From the NCBI GenBank assembly GCA_000004695.1, contig CM000150.2:3360001-3424000 (forward strand): a stretch of 64,000 nt of DNA. The letters run 5' to 3'. Every line of letters begins with the position of its first letter. The first letter of the stretch is position 1. The position numbers and the translations under genes are program-made. The notes below the pieces were generated by a model that saw nothing but the letters and a program-made list of their open reading frames with translations, was not told the origin of the DNA and did no database searches. This document shows positions 11,521 to 31,648 of the stretch, piece after piece. The stretch comes from Dictyostelium discoideum (taxonomy: Eukaryota).

Positions 11521-12496
11521 TTATAATTCACCAGAGTTTGAGATTTTAGCAATTTTACTTGGTGTTCCAGATTGGGAACCAATGGATTCAAGGAGTTTAA
11601 CAATATCCATACCTTCCTATTGATTTTCAATTTTTTAAAAAAAAAATGATGATCAGTATAGATTAAATAAAAATTATTAAAAAAAATTTAAAATTTGAAA
11701 AAACTTACAATAACTTCACCAAAAACAGTATGACGACCATCTAACCATGAAGTAACAACGGTAGTAATCTATTAAAAAAATTATTATATTATTAATAATT
11801 TGATGATTAGACTTGGTTTTTTTATTTTTTTTAAAAAAAAATTAATACATACAAAGAATTGTGAACCATTAGTGTTTGGACCAGCGTTAGCCATTGATAA
11901 AAGACCTGGTTTGGAGTGTTTAATTTTGAAGTTTTCATCATTGAATTTTTTACTAATATTAAAAATAAATAAATAGATAATTAGAATTTGTAATAATTTT
12001 AAAAATTGTTAATTATTATTATTATTATTATTATTATACATACCCATAAATTGATTCACCACCAGTACCATCACCTCTTGTGAAATCACCACCTTGAATC
12101 ATAAAGTTTGGAATGATACGATGGAATTTACTATCTTTATAATGTAATGGTTTACCACTGGTACCTAAACCTTTTTCACCAGTACATAATGCTCTAAAGT
12201 TTTCAACTGTTTTTGGTACTGTCTTTCCATATAAACCAAATACAATTCTACCTGCTGGTTTATTATCAATTTCTATATCAAAGAATACTTTATTGGTAAT
12301 CTTTGGGTCTTTCTGTAAAAATAAAAAAATTAAAAAATTAAAAAAAAAATGAATTATGTAAGAAAAAGTTAACTTTTTTTTTTATTTTTTTTTTTTTTTT
12401 ATTTTAGTTTTTATATTAAATACCTACACCAGCTTCTGATGGCATAGCCCATAATGTAACTAATACAATGGCTAAAACTACGAAAATAACTTTCAT
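11521..12496 (-). CDS. Cyclophilin-type peptidyl-prolyl cis-trans isomerase with N-terminal signal peptide (cyclophilin B-like), 197 aa, 5 exons: 12428..12496, 12044..12312, 11853..11952, 11709..11768, 11521..11616
   Basis: Exon 1 is a signal peptide ([23 protein letters not shown]) ending at a GTAGGT donor. Exon 2 reads [48 protein letters not shown]...[28 protein letters not shown]. Exon 3 reads [33 protein letters not shown]. Exon 4 reads [20 protein letters not shown]. Exon 5 reads [31 protein letters not shown]. All cyclophilin signature blocks are present, every junction has a GTATGT/GTAAGT donor and AG acceptor, and the phases close (594 nt total). Confidence 0.85.
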
Positions 12497-12593
12497 TATG
12501 TTTTTATTAAAATTTGATTGTTCTCTTTGGGGATGAATCATTTATGAAACTAAAAAAAAAAAAAAAAAAACTATTGAATTGTCTAGAAATTCA

Positions 12594-12636
<43 letters not shown>

Positions 12637-12976
12637 TATTTTTAATTTTTTTTTTTTTTCAGGTTTAAAAATTAATTTTATTTTTTTAATTTTTTAAATT
12701 TTCAATTTTTTTTTTTTTTTTAAATTAATCAACTTCAAAATATCTATTTCTAATTGGAAACTTTAATTTATTTGTTATTTTATTTTATTTTTTTTTTAAT
12801 TAAAAAAAACTTTTTTTTTTTTTTTCACCACACATTTTTGGTTTAGTCCTATCTTTTTTTTTTTTTTTTTGTAAATAGTTTTGTTTTTTTTTTAAAAATA
12901 ATTTTTATATCCTTTTATATTATTTTTATTTTATAATTTTTTTTTTTTTTCATTTTATTTTATTTAATATTACTTT

Positions 12977-13031
<55 letters not shown>

Positions 13032-13103
13032 TTATTTATTTACCATCAAAATTTTAAATCAAGTTTATAAAGAAAATAATAATAAATAAAATAAATAAAA
13101 AAA

Positions 13104-14984
<1,881 letters not shown>

Positions 14985-15036
14985 TAATTGTATTAATATT
15001 TTTGTAAATTCAAATCCAAAAAACAAAATAAAATCC

Positions 15037-15067
<31 letters not shown>

Positions 15068-15139
15068 AATAAAACATATCTTTAAAACATCATTTAATTT
15101 GATATAAAACTTTTTATTTTTTTTTTTAAAAAAAATCAA

Positions 15140-18478
<3,339 letters not shown>

Positions 18479-18514
18479 TTTTTTTTTTTTTTTTTTTTTT
18501 TCTTTTTTTTATTT

Positions 18515-18547
<33 letters not shown>

Positions 18548-18598
18548 AAAGAATTAAACTGTGGAAATAATAAAATAAATTTAATTTTGGTTAAAAAA

Positions 18599-18634
<36 letters not shown>

Positions 18635-19645
18635 AAAATAAAGGAATATTTTATAAAATTGAGCGGGAAAAAAACGAATTAATTTTTGTCTAAAGGCAGA
18701 GAATTATTTTTTTTTTTCTTTTTTTTTGTTTTTTTTTTTTTTTTTATTATTTAAATGTGAAAATAGTAAGTTATCATTACTATTTTTGTATTTTGTTTTC
18801 AGGTGACTAAAAATAAAAAAAATTATTTTTAATTATAAAATAATAAGAAAATGATTAAAAAGAAATAAAAATAAAAAATAAAATAAAAATAAAAACAAAA
18901 AAAAAAAAAATAACCAGAACAAATGAGATATTTGTTTTCTTTTTTTTTTTTTTTTTTTTTTTTATTAATTAATTAATTTACTCTAAATTTTTTTGTTTTT
19001 TCCTTTTTTTTTATTATTATTATTATTTTTTAATTTTTTTTTTTTTTTTTTACTGATATTTTCAAAAAAATTTCTTAATCGAAATTTGATTGTATTTTGG
19101 TTTTAATTATAACCCATTATAATAAAAATCTAATTATCTTTCGATATGCCCAAAAATTTTTTTATTTTTTTTTTTTTCAATTTTTTTTATTTTTTTTATT
19201 TTTTTTTTTATTTTTTATTTTTTTTTTCAAAAACTTTTTTTTTTTAAATTTTTTTAATTTTTTTTTTATATTTTTATAATCACCTGATTTCTGTTGTATT
19301 TTTAATCATTATTTATTTATTTATTTATTTCAACAAAAAAAGAATTCAGTTTTTTTTTTTTTTTTTTTAAATATCACATTATATAAAAAAATAAAAAAAA
19401 ACTATTTCATTTGTAATACAACACAAACAACACTTTTACCACCCAACAATATATTTATTGAAATTTTTTAAATAAATTTCAAAACTAAATTAAAAAAAAA
19501 AAAAAAACCACACCACAACGATAAAATATAATTATTCTAAAAGCGTTTAGATAATATATATTTAATACACCAAATATAAATAAAAATCAATTTGTAAATC
19601 AGCTTGATAAAACAACACCCACACATATATATATACATATATCAA

Positions 19646-20666
19646 ATGCCACCACCCCCACCACCACCACCTAAAGCACCACCACCCCCAGCAGCTCCAC
19701 CAAAAACTGCTGAAAGAGGTGCTTTACTCAGTTCAATTCAAAAGGGTTCAAAATTAAAAAAAACAGTCACTGTAGATAAATCTGGTCCAGTTTTAACAGG
19801 TATGTAAATCATAAATTTTCAATTATGAAAATAATTAAATTCAAGGAATGAATGAATGAATAAATTACTTATTTTATATTTTTATTTTTTTAAAATTTAA
19901 AGCACCAAAACCATCAGGAGGTGGAGGTATGCCAACTCCAGGTGGAGGAGGTATGCCAAGACCAGGAGGTGGTTCATCAGGAGGTGGTGCACCAGGTCCA
20001 CAATTGGGTGGATTATTTTCAGGAGGTATGCCACAATTGAAACCATCAGGTGGAACATTGAAAAAAGCTGCACCACCACCAATGATGGCACCAGTTCAAG
20101 CTGCCCCACCATCCTATGGTAAACCATCAGCACCAACTCCATCATTTAAAGCACCACCAACCGCTTCACCACCAGCATTCAAAGCACCACCACCATTCAA
20201 GGCACCACCAACCGCCACACCACCAACACCAACTCCATCATTTAAAGCACCACCAACCGCTGCACCACCAGCTTTCAAAGCTCAACCAGCACCACCACCA
20301 TCATTTGGAGGCGGTCCAAAACCAGCACCACCACCAGCAAGACCACCACCACCACCATCAAGAGCTCCATCATCATCTGGTGGTGATGATTCACAAGCAT
20401 TAAGAGACCAAATCTCTCAATTGGAACAACAAGTTAGAGATTATCAAAATAAAGTTCGTCAACTTGAATCTGATTTGGCTGCCGCTAAAAAATCATCTTC
20501 AGGTACTGGTAAGAAAGCTGTTGCTCTCTACGAATATTCTTCAAATGAACCAGGTGATATCAACTTTAAAGCTGGCCAAAATATTGATATTATCTCTGTC
20601 GAAGGTGATTGGTCAACCGGTAGAATAGAGGGTGTATTCCCAACCAATTATACAAAACTTCTTTAA
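19646..20666 (+). CDS. WH2 (actin-binding) + proline-rich + coiled-coil + C-terminal SH3 protein, ~305 aa, 2 exons: 19646..19799, 19903..20666
   Basis: Exon 1 from ATG 19646 (the ORF-track start at 19604 is TTG) encodes MPPPPPPPPKAPPPPAAPPKTAERGALLSSIQKGSKLKKTVTVDKSGPVLT. This is a WH2/verprolin-homology motif (LLxxIxxGxxLKK) preceded by a polyproline profilin-binding stretch. A GTATGT donor at 19800 and acceptor TTTAAAG at 19902 join in phase 1 to the 19929 ORF. That ORF holds G/P-rich repeats, a coiled coil (LRDQISQLEQQVRDYQNKVRQLESDL) and an SH3 domain (ALYEYSSNEPGDINFKAGQNIDIISVEGDWSTGRIEGVFPTNYTKLL*). Confidence 0.8.
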
Positions 20667-20888
20667 TTAATATAAAAAAAAAAAAAAAACGATTTTCAAA
20701 AATACACCTTATAAATAAATATTTGTTTTGTATAATAAAAAAAAAAAAAATAAAAAAAAAAATAAAAAAATTCAAACTTTTAAAAAATATCTATTTTTAA
20801 ATTTTATTTTGGTAATATATATATATATATTATTTATATATTTAAAATATCATTTGACAAAATTTATCATCACCCTGGGAATTTAAGA

Positions 20889-20929
<41 letters not shown>

Positions 20930-21007
20930 CATAAAATTCAAATCCATATTTAAAATAAATATGACAGAATTTAAAACAAGATTTTATGTCTATTAAAATA
21001 TTCTCAA

Positions 21008-21088
21008 ATTTTATTTAAACTTTGAGAATATTTTATTTAAACTTTGAGAATATTTTATTTAAACTTTGAGAATATTTTATTTAAACTT
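21008..21088. repeat. 22-bp tandem repeat (tatttaaactttgagaatattt) x ~3.7
   Basis: Direct reading of lines 20941-21120: the unit ttatttaaactttgagaatattt is repeated head-to-tail four times, the last truncated. Confidence 0.9.
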
Positions 21089-21331
21089 TTAAATAATAAA
21101 AAGTTTTTTATTCAAAGTTAAATGTCTATTTGCTTTTCAAAGAGTTTCAGTCAGAATATGGGATCAAGGGGAATTTTTTGTGGGTTCCAACCGACCAGGA
21201 TTTTTGATTTTCTATTTTTTTTATTTTATTTTATTTTTTTTTTTTAATTTTATTTTGGCATTTTAGAATTTTATTTTTAACTTTTTTTTATTTTTTTTTT
21301 TTTTATTTTATTTTTAAATTCAAGAAAGAAA

Positions 21332-21447
21332 ATGAGAAGTATTTTATCTTTATTAATTGTTGTAATTTTATCATTTGTTGCTTTATCAAATGCAACCGAT
21401 TGTGGAAAATATAAAAATCCATTGACTTGTGCAAGTAATTATCGCTT

Positions 21448-21491
<44 letters not shown>

Positions 21492-21974
21492 TCCAATTTC
21501 ACTAATATTATTTTATTAAAAATGAAAAGATATGGAACCTCCTTGTGTAATTATTAATTTATAAATAATAAAAATAATAAATAATAATTAATAATATTAA
21601 TAGTAATTAAATAACTAATACAATATCACATTTATTGTTCTTAATTTTAAAATAGTTCTGGGATGGTAAGGTTTGTAAAGAAATTTATCCAAAGAACTGT
21701 GCAGAGATGACAGTTGAGGATTGTGAAAGTAACAAAGAAAAGGGATGTTATTTGGAGGGTGAAAACTGTATTCTCTCAAAATGTAAGTTTTTTACTTTTT
21801 TTATTTTTAATTTATTAACCAGAAATATTAATATTTTTTTTTTTCAAATATTTACCAAAAAAAAAAAAAAAATAAAAAAAAAAAATTTATTTAGTCCATT
21901 GTTCATCAATCCACAATGAATTTGATTGCACCATCGAAAATTGTGCATGGAAAGATGGAAAATGTGAAAATTAA
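21332..21974 (+). CDS. Small secreted cysteine-rich protein, ~108 aa, proposed 4 exons: 21332..21434, 21530..21546 (17-nt microexon), 21656..21782, 21895..21974
   Basis: Exon 1 has a signal peptide (MRSILSLLIVVILSFVALSNA), then TDCGKYKNPLTCA, and ends at a GTAATT donor in phase 1. The only acceptor before the next coding block (21655) needs phase 0. A 17-nt microexon (ATATGGAACCTCCTTGT) with AG acceptor and GTAATT donor restores the frame and preserves the regular Cys spacing. Exon 3 reads FWDGKVCKEIYPKNCAEMTVEDCESNKEKGCYLEGENCILSKC and ends at a GTAAGT donor. Exon 4 reads FHCSSIHNEFDCTIENCAWKDGKCEN*. Cysteines recur every 6-9 residues across the whole protein. The microexon is an inference. 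Confidence 0.45.
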
Positions 21975-22047
21975 ATTCTTTTATTAATTTTTTAACAATA
22001 AATTATTGATGAAATTTTAATCATTTAATTATTATTTTATTTAATTT

Positions 22048-22097
<50 letters not shown>

Positions 22098-22641
22098 ATT
22101 AGATTTAAAAATAAAAATTTAAAATAATATTAGATTTTTAAGTTTTAGTTTTTTATTAGAAATTTGGTTAACTTTCTTCAAGGTATTTTTAAAAAAAAAA
22201 AAAAAAATAAAAAATAAAAAATAATAACTTTTTTTAAAGGTAAAAATAGAAGAAAGAAGGATTTTTTTCTTTTTGAGAGGTTTTATAACTATTAAAAAAA
22301 TAATTATAATTTTTAAAAATGATATGGTGTCAACTTTATGTTTGGCCTGACACTGTTTTATATTTTTTTATGAAAAAAATATTTCAAGTAAAATAATTTT
22401 TTTGTTTTTTTTTTCACAACCAACCGAATTTAATCTCCTGTTATTTGCACCAGATCGTCAAAAAGTAAAAAAAAAAATATTATTTTTCATTGCGATATCC
22501 ATTTCCAAAAAAAAAAAAAAATCAAATGCTAAACAAAGTTTTATTTTAATTTTTAAACTTTTTTTTTTTATTTTACATTTTTTGTAAATGTTAAAAAAAA
22601 AAAAAAACAATCAGTTTAAGAATTTGTTTTTTGTTTTGTAA

Positions 22642-22761
<120 letters not shown>

Positions 22762-23024
22762 GTAATTTAAAATAATTAATAAAAAAAAATTAAACAAAAA
22801 AAAAAAAAAAAAAAAAAAACAAAAAAATCAAATTGAAATATCTATTAATCCAAAGCCAAATTTTTCATTGAAAACCAAAAATTTAAATTCTTTTTTTTTC
22901 AGGTAACCAAGAAAAAAAAAAAAAAAAATATAAAAAAAAAAATTTTGTAAAAAAAAATATAAATTAAATATTTAAATCAAAGCAAATTAAATAAATTAAT
23001 ATATAAATAAATTAAAATTTGAAA

Positions 23025-23458
23025 ATGACAGGTATGATTTCATATATAATTTTTTTTTTTTTTTTTGAAAATAATTAAAATAGTTAAACTAATAATTTTA
23101 CATCCAAAAGAATATATAATTGAAGCAGGAAAATCACAAAAAAATGTTAAAACCAATCCAAACCCATCAGCGACATCAATTAACATAGAAAATTTGAGTA
23201 AAAGTGATGATGGAAGAATTAGAATTATTTCAACAGTGAGTTTGAAAATTTATTTAATTTTTTTTTTTTTTTTAAAAAAATATTAAAAACTAATCAATAT
23301 TTATTTATTTATTTTTTTTTTCTAAATTAAAGTCATTCCCTATGGAAGAGGATTTTATTTCTCCTATTTCCAAAATAACCATTAAAAAAAAATATAATAA
23401 AAATCCAATTGAAATAATGAATTTAGGTACAACAGTTTTAAAAATATCAATTGAATAA
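23025..23458 (+). CDS. Small protein of unknown function, 94 aa, 3 exons: 23025..23031, 23084..23235, 23333..23458
   Basis: A 7-nt first exon ATGACAG with GTATGA donor, as is common for Dictyostelium first exons. Acceptor AAAATAG at 23083 leads to exon 2 (VKLIILHPKEYIIEAGKSQKNVKTNPNPSATSINIENLSKSDDGRIRIIST) with a GTGAGT donor at 23236 in phase 0. Acceptor TTAAAG at 23332 leads to exon 3 (SFPMEEDFISPISKITIKKKYNKNPIEIMNLGTTVLKISIE*). Phases are consistent (7+152+126 = 285 nt). Beta-strand-like alternation is reminiscent of a PapD/MSP-type fold, but no confident family. Confidence 0.4.
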
Positions 23459-23679
23459 AAAATAAAAAAAATAAAAAAAAAAGAAAAAAAATGTTATATA
23501 ATAAATAAAACAAAAATATGTAAAATTAAAAAAAAGGACTGGAAAAAAATAAAATAGTTATCCTTTGTACAATAAATATTAAATAAAAAAAAATTTAACA
23601 AATGTTTAAACTAGTTGTGTTTTTGTATTTTATGTTTTTTTTTTTTTTTTTTATTATTTATTTATTTTGTTTATTATTT

Positions 23680-28102
<4,423 letters not shown>

Positions 28103-28869
28103 TCTATTTTATTATTATTTATTATCTATTATTTATAAAGCGTTGATTATTTTTTATTTGTGAAGGGACCCACCAGTGCTATCATTAATACCTGGTTAAA
28201 AAAAAAAAAAAATAATTATGTTTTTTTTTTTTTTTTTTTTAAATTTTTTTATTATTATTATTATGAGTATTTAATAATTTTACAAATCTAATGAAAAAAA
28301 TAATTTTAAAATAAATAAACAAAAAAAATAAAAAAATAATAATAATATTAAATTATTTATTATTGTTATAAAAATTGAAGAGAAAAAAAAAAAAAAAAAA
28401 AAAAAAAGAGTAATTAAACCAATAAAACACTTTTATTGGTTGTACACCCTAGTAACTTTATTATATTATTTGTATTATTGATATTATTTGTATTATTGAT
28501 ATTATTTTTATTTTTATTATTTATGCTTGTATTTGTGTGAGTAAAAAAAAAAAAAATAAAAAAAAAAAATATAAAAAAAATAAAAATAAAAAAAATAAAA
28601 AAATGAAAAAAAATGAAAGAAAAAAAAAATTAAAAAAAATTAAAAAAAAAGGTTTCACCCCAAATTAAATTAAATTAATTATTGAAGAAAAAAAAAAAAA
28701 AAAAATAAAATAAAGTGAAAGATATTTTTTTTATTTATTCGATTATGGAAATAAAAAAATATGTTTAAAAAATAAAATAAAAAATAAAAAAAAAAATAAA
28801 AAATTTTTTTGAAGATATTTTTTTTTTTTTTTTTTTTGTTTTTCTTTTAAAAAATTTTAATTTAATTTA

Positions 28870-30021
28870 TTAAAAGATTTTAGAAGAGTAAGAAAAAGTA
28901 TGTTTTATACGATCTAAAATATTTCTCTTCCAACCTTCTTCAGTTTTTTCAAACTCGTCAATTGGAATTCCAGTTTGAACGATTTCAACATTTGTTAAAG
29001 GTTTACCATCAACACTGAATGTAATGGTAACTTGAGATTCGACACCTTTACTCCAATTATCCAATCTCCAAGTTTGAACAATCTTTGAGCCTGGTGATAA
29101 AGTTTTATTTACACCTTGAATACTACCACCATATAATGAAAATTTACCGCCTTCTTCATTTTCAAAAGTACAATCACTTTGAGTGAATGCTCTTAATTTA
29201 TTAATGTTTACAAATACATCATATGCATCCATTGGTGAACATTGGAATTCTTCTTTTAATTTCAATGTTTTAGTAGTTGGTTTTTTAGTTGGTGTTGAAT
29301 TAAAAATAACAGTTGATGATGTTACCTTTGGTACTGTATTGGTGGTGGTGGTAGTGTTGGTAGTAGTGTTGGCAGTTTGTTGTTGTTGTGATTGTTCAAC
29401 TTGTTTTTTTGAAACAAATTCTTTTTTTAATAATTTAATAAATTCTTGACATTGTGATTGTACAAATGGTACACCGTGTGACTTAAGTAAAGATTGAACC
29501 ATGTTTATGGATTGTTTAGTTTCATCATTATCGGCAGTGGTATTGATAGTGTATCTTACAGTTGGGGCTTCGTCACCATTCTCGTCGGAAATATATGGTA
29601 CTGTGAATTCACCAGAGATGGTTTTCTTTTGAGTTATTATTGGTTCTGCTGGTTTACCGTCGTCATCCTCCTCGTCAATATCATCTGCAGCGCCTTTAGA
29701 TTTAGTGGTTGGTGGTGGTGGTAAAACCTTTTTAGGTTTGAAAACGACTTCCCAATTCATTTTAACATCTAGTTCATATAAAAAGATGGTTTTACCTTTA
29801 CGATTATTTGCTGTACATTCACCTGAAACAACTGGAGTTGATGAGATTTTGAATGTATATTCATCTGTTTCTTGAATAACCTTTTTATCGAATAATCCAC
29901 CAATTGTATTCTTACTCCATGGTAAACAATCTTTCTCTGACCAATGCCAACCATTAACATTATGTCCATCCTCTCTATTTTCAACAATCCATCTTGGGTC
30001 ACCTTCTCCTACTTTTGCCAT
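28870..30021 (-). CDS. Aha1 (activator of Hsp90 ATPase) homologue, 383 aa, single exon
   Basis: The N-terminus MAKVGEGDPRWIVENREDGHNVNGWHWSEKDCLPWSK...NNRKGKTIFLYELDVKMNW is near-identical in pattern to the Aha1 N-domain (MAKWGEGDPRWIVEER..NVNNWHW...NNRKGKLIFFYEW). The C-terminal AHSA1/SRPBCC domain reads KFSLYGGSIQGVNKTLSPGSKIVQTWRLDNWSKGVESQVTITF...GWKRNILDRIKHTFSYS. ATG rc at 30019-30021. Confidence 0.85.
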   Translation of the reverse strand: MAKVGEGDPRWIVENREDGHNVNGWHWSEKDCLPWSKNTIGGLFDKKVIQETDEYTFKISSTPVVSGECTANNRKGKTIFLYELDVKMNWEVVFKPKKVLPPPPTTKSKGAADDIDEEDDDGKPAEPIITQKKTISGEFTVPYISDENGDEAPTVRYTINTTADNDETKQSINMVQSLLKSHGVPFVQSQCQEFIKLLKKEFVSKKQVEQSQQQQTANTTTNTTTTTNTVPKVTSSTVIFNSTPTKKPTTKTLKLKEEFQCSPMDAYDVFVNINKLRAFTQSDCTFENEEGGKFSLYGGSIQGVNKTLSPGSKIVQTWRLDNWSKGVESQVTITFSVDGKPLTNVEIVQTGIPIDEFEKTEEGWKRNILDRIKHTFSYSSKIF

Positions 30022-30319
30022 CTTTTAAAAATTAAAAATTAAAAAAAATAAACAAATAGAATATATATAAAAAAAAAAAAAAAAAAAAAATGAATAAATA
30101 AATAAATGAATAATAATAATAAATAATAATAAAAATAAAATAAAATAAAAATAAAAAAAATGTTAATATTAGATATTTATAAAAAAAATAAAAAAAAAGA
30201 AGTTAACCTACTTTTTATTTAATTATTATTTGTTAAGGGGTTTTGGAAAAAATAAAAATAAATAAAAAAAAAAAAAAAATAAAAATAAAAAAAAATATGA
30301 CAAAAAAAAAAAAAAAAAA

Positions 30320-30383
<64 letters not shown>

Positions 30384-31068
30384 AAAATTTTAGCGATTTT
30401 TAAAATAAAATTCAATTAAATATAACGAAAAAGAACTTCGAAAACTTTGGTATTAAATTATTTTACCACTACTTTTTTTTTTTTTTTAAATAATATCCAA
30501 ATTAGCATTTTTTTTTTTTTTTCACAATATTTATTTTAAAAATTATTAACACAAAAAAAAAAAAAAAAAAAAAATTTTTTTATCCCACACAACGACCCTG
30601 ACACTGATAGCTTAAATTAATGGAAATACTAAACTAAGGGTGTCAGAAGCTCGTATATAGAATAAAAAAAATTAATTATTTTATTTCTTTTTTAGAGATA
30701 ACAAAAAAAAAAAAAAACTCTGTGTGTTAATAAAAATTTGAAAAAACAAAAAACAAAAAAAAAATTCATTTTTTTTTTTAAAAAAAAAAAAAATAAATAA
30801 AAAATAAAAAAATAAAAAAAAAAAAAAAAATGGAAAAAATAAAAAAAAAAAATTCGTGACAAAACGAACCATTCACTGTTAATCAAATATATATATATAT
30901 TAATTGTATAATAATAATTAGTATAACCAAAGCATCAATAATATAAAATATATTTATATACAAAGATTTTCAAAAATTTAATAATAATAATAATAAAAAT
31001 ATAAAAAATAAAAATAAATAAACCATATAAATATAAAAATAAACAAATAATATAGAAATAGATATACA

Positions 31069-31491
31069 ATGAGAGGAACAGTCAGAGATTTAGCAATTAG
31101 ATATTTAGGTGTTGGTGCCAAAAAAGTTTGGTTAGATCCAACTCAAATGGATAAAATTAGCAAAGTTAAAACAAGTATGTTTATATCATTTTTTTTTTTT
31201 TTATTATTATTGATCATCATCATCATCATCATTATGGTGATGGCATTGGTAATACATACAATGATAATCATAATAATAAAAATTCATTTTTATTTTAATT
31301 ATTAATTCCTTTTTTTTTTTTTTATTTATGAATATTCCCTAGGAGAGGGAATTAGAGAATTAATAGCACAAGGCCTTATTAAAAGAAAGTTTACAATTGG
31401 TGGATCATACAAACCTTCACGTGGTCCCTTTTTATTTCCAAAAGATGAATTTTTTAAATTAAATAAAAACCATATCACTAAAAATGAATAA
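31069..31491 (+). CDS. Ribosomal protein L19e N-terminal-domain-like mini-protein, ~84 aa, 2 exons: 31069..31174, 31343..31491
   Basis: Exon 1 (MRGTVRDLAIRYLGVGAKKVWLDPTQMDKISKVKT) has a GTATGT donor at 31175. Acceptor CCCTAG at 31342 leads to exon 2 (REGIRELIAQGLIKRKFTIGGSYKPSRGPFLFPKDEFFKLNKNHITKNE*). The segment LxxRLAxxxLxxGxKKVWLDPxxxxxIxxxxxRxxIRxLIxxGLIxRK aligns with the universally conserved N-terminus of eL19. The protein stops after ~85 aa and lacks the long basic C-terminal helix of a real eL19. Confidence 0.55.
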
Positions 31492-31594
31492 ATTAAAATA
31501 AAATATAAAATATAGAATATAAAATATTACTTTTTTTTTTTTTTCCAAAATTTTATTTTAATTTTAAAATTAATATAATTATTATTATTAATAA

Positions 31595-31630
<36 letters not shown>

Positions 31631-31648
31631 TTTTTTTTTTTAAACTTA

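Noticed and set aside
21130-21200. Possible tRNA gene (GGTTCCAACC B-box-like word)
   Set aside because: No acceptor stem, D-arm or anticodon arm could be drawn. No A-box. Kept only as a low-interest finding.
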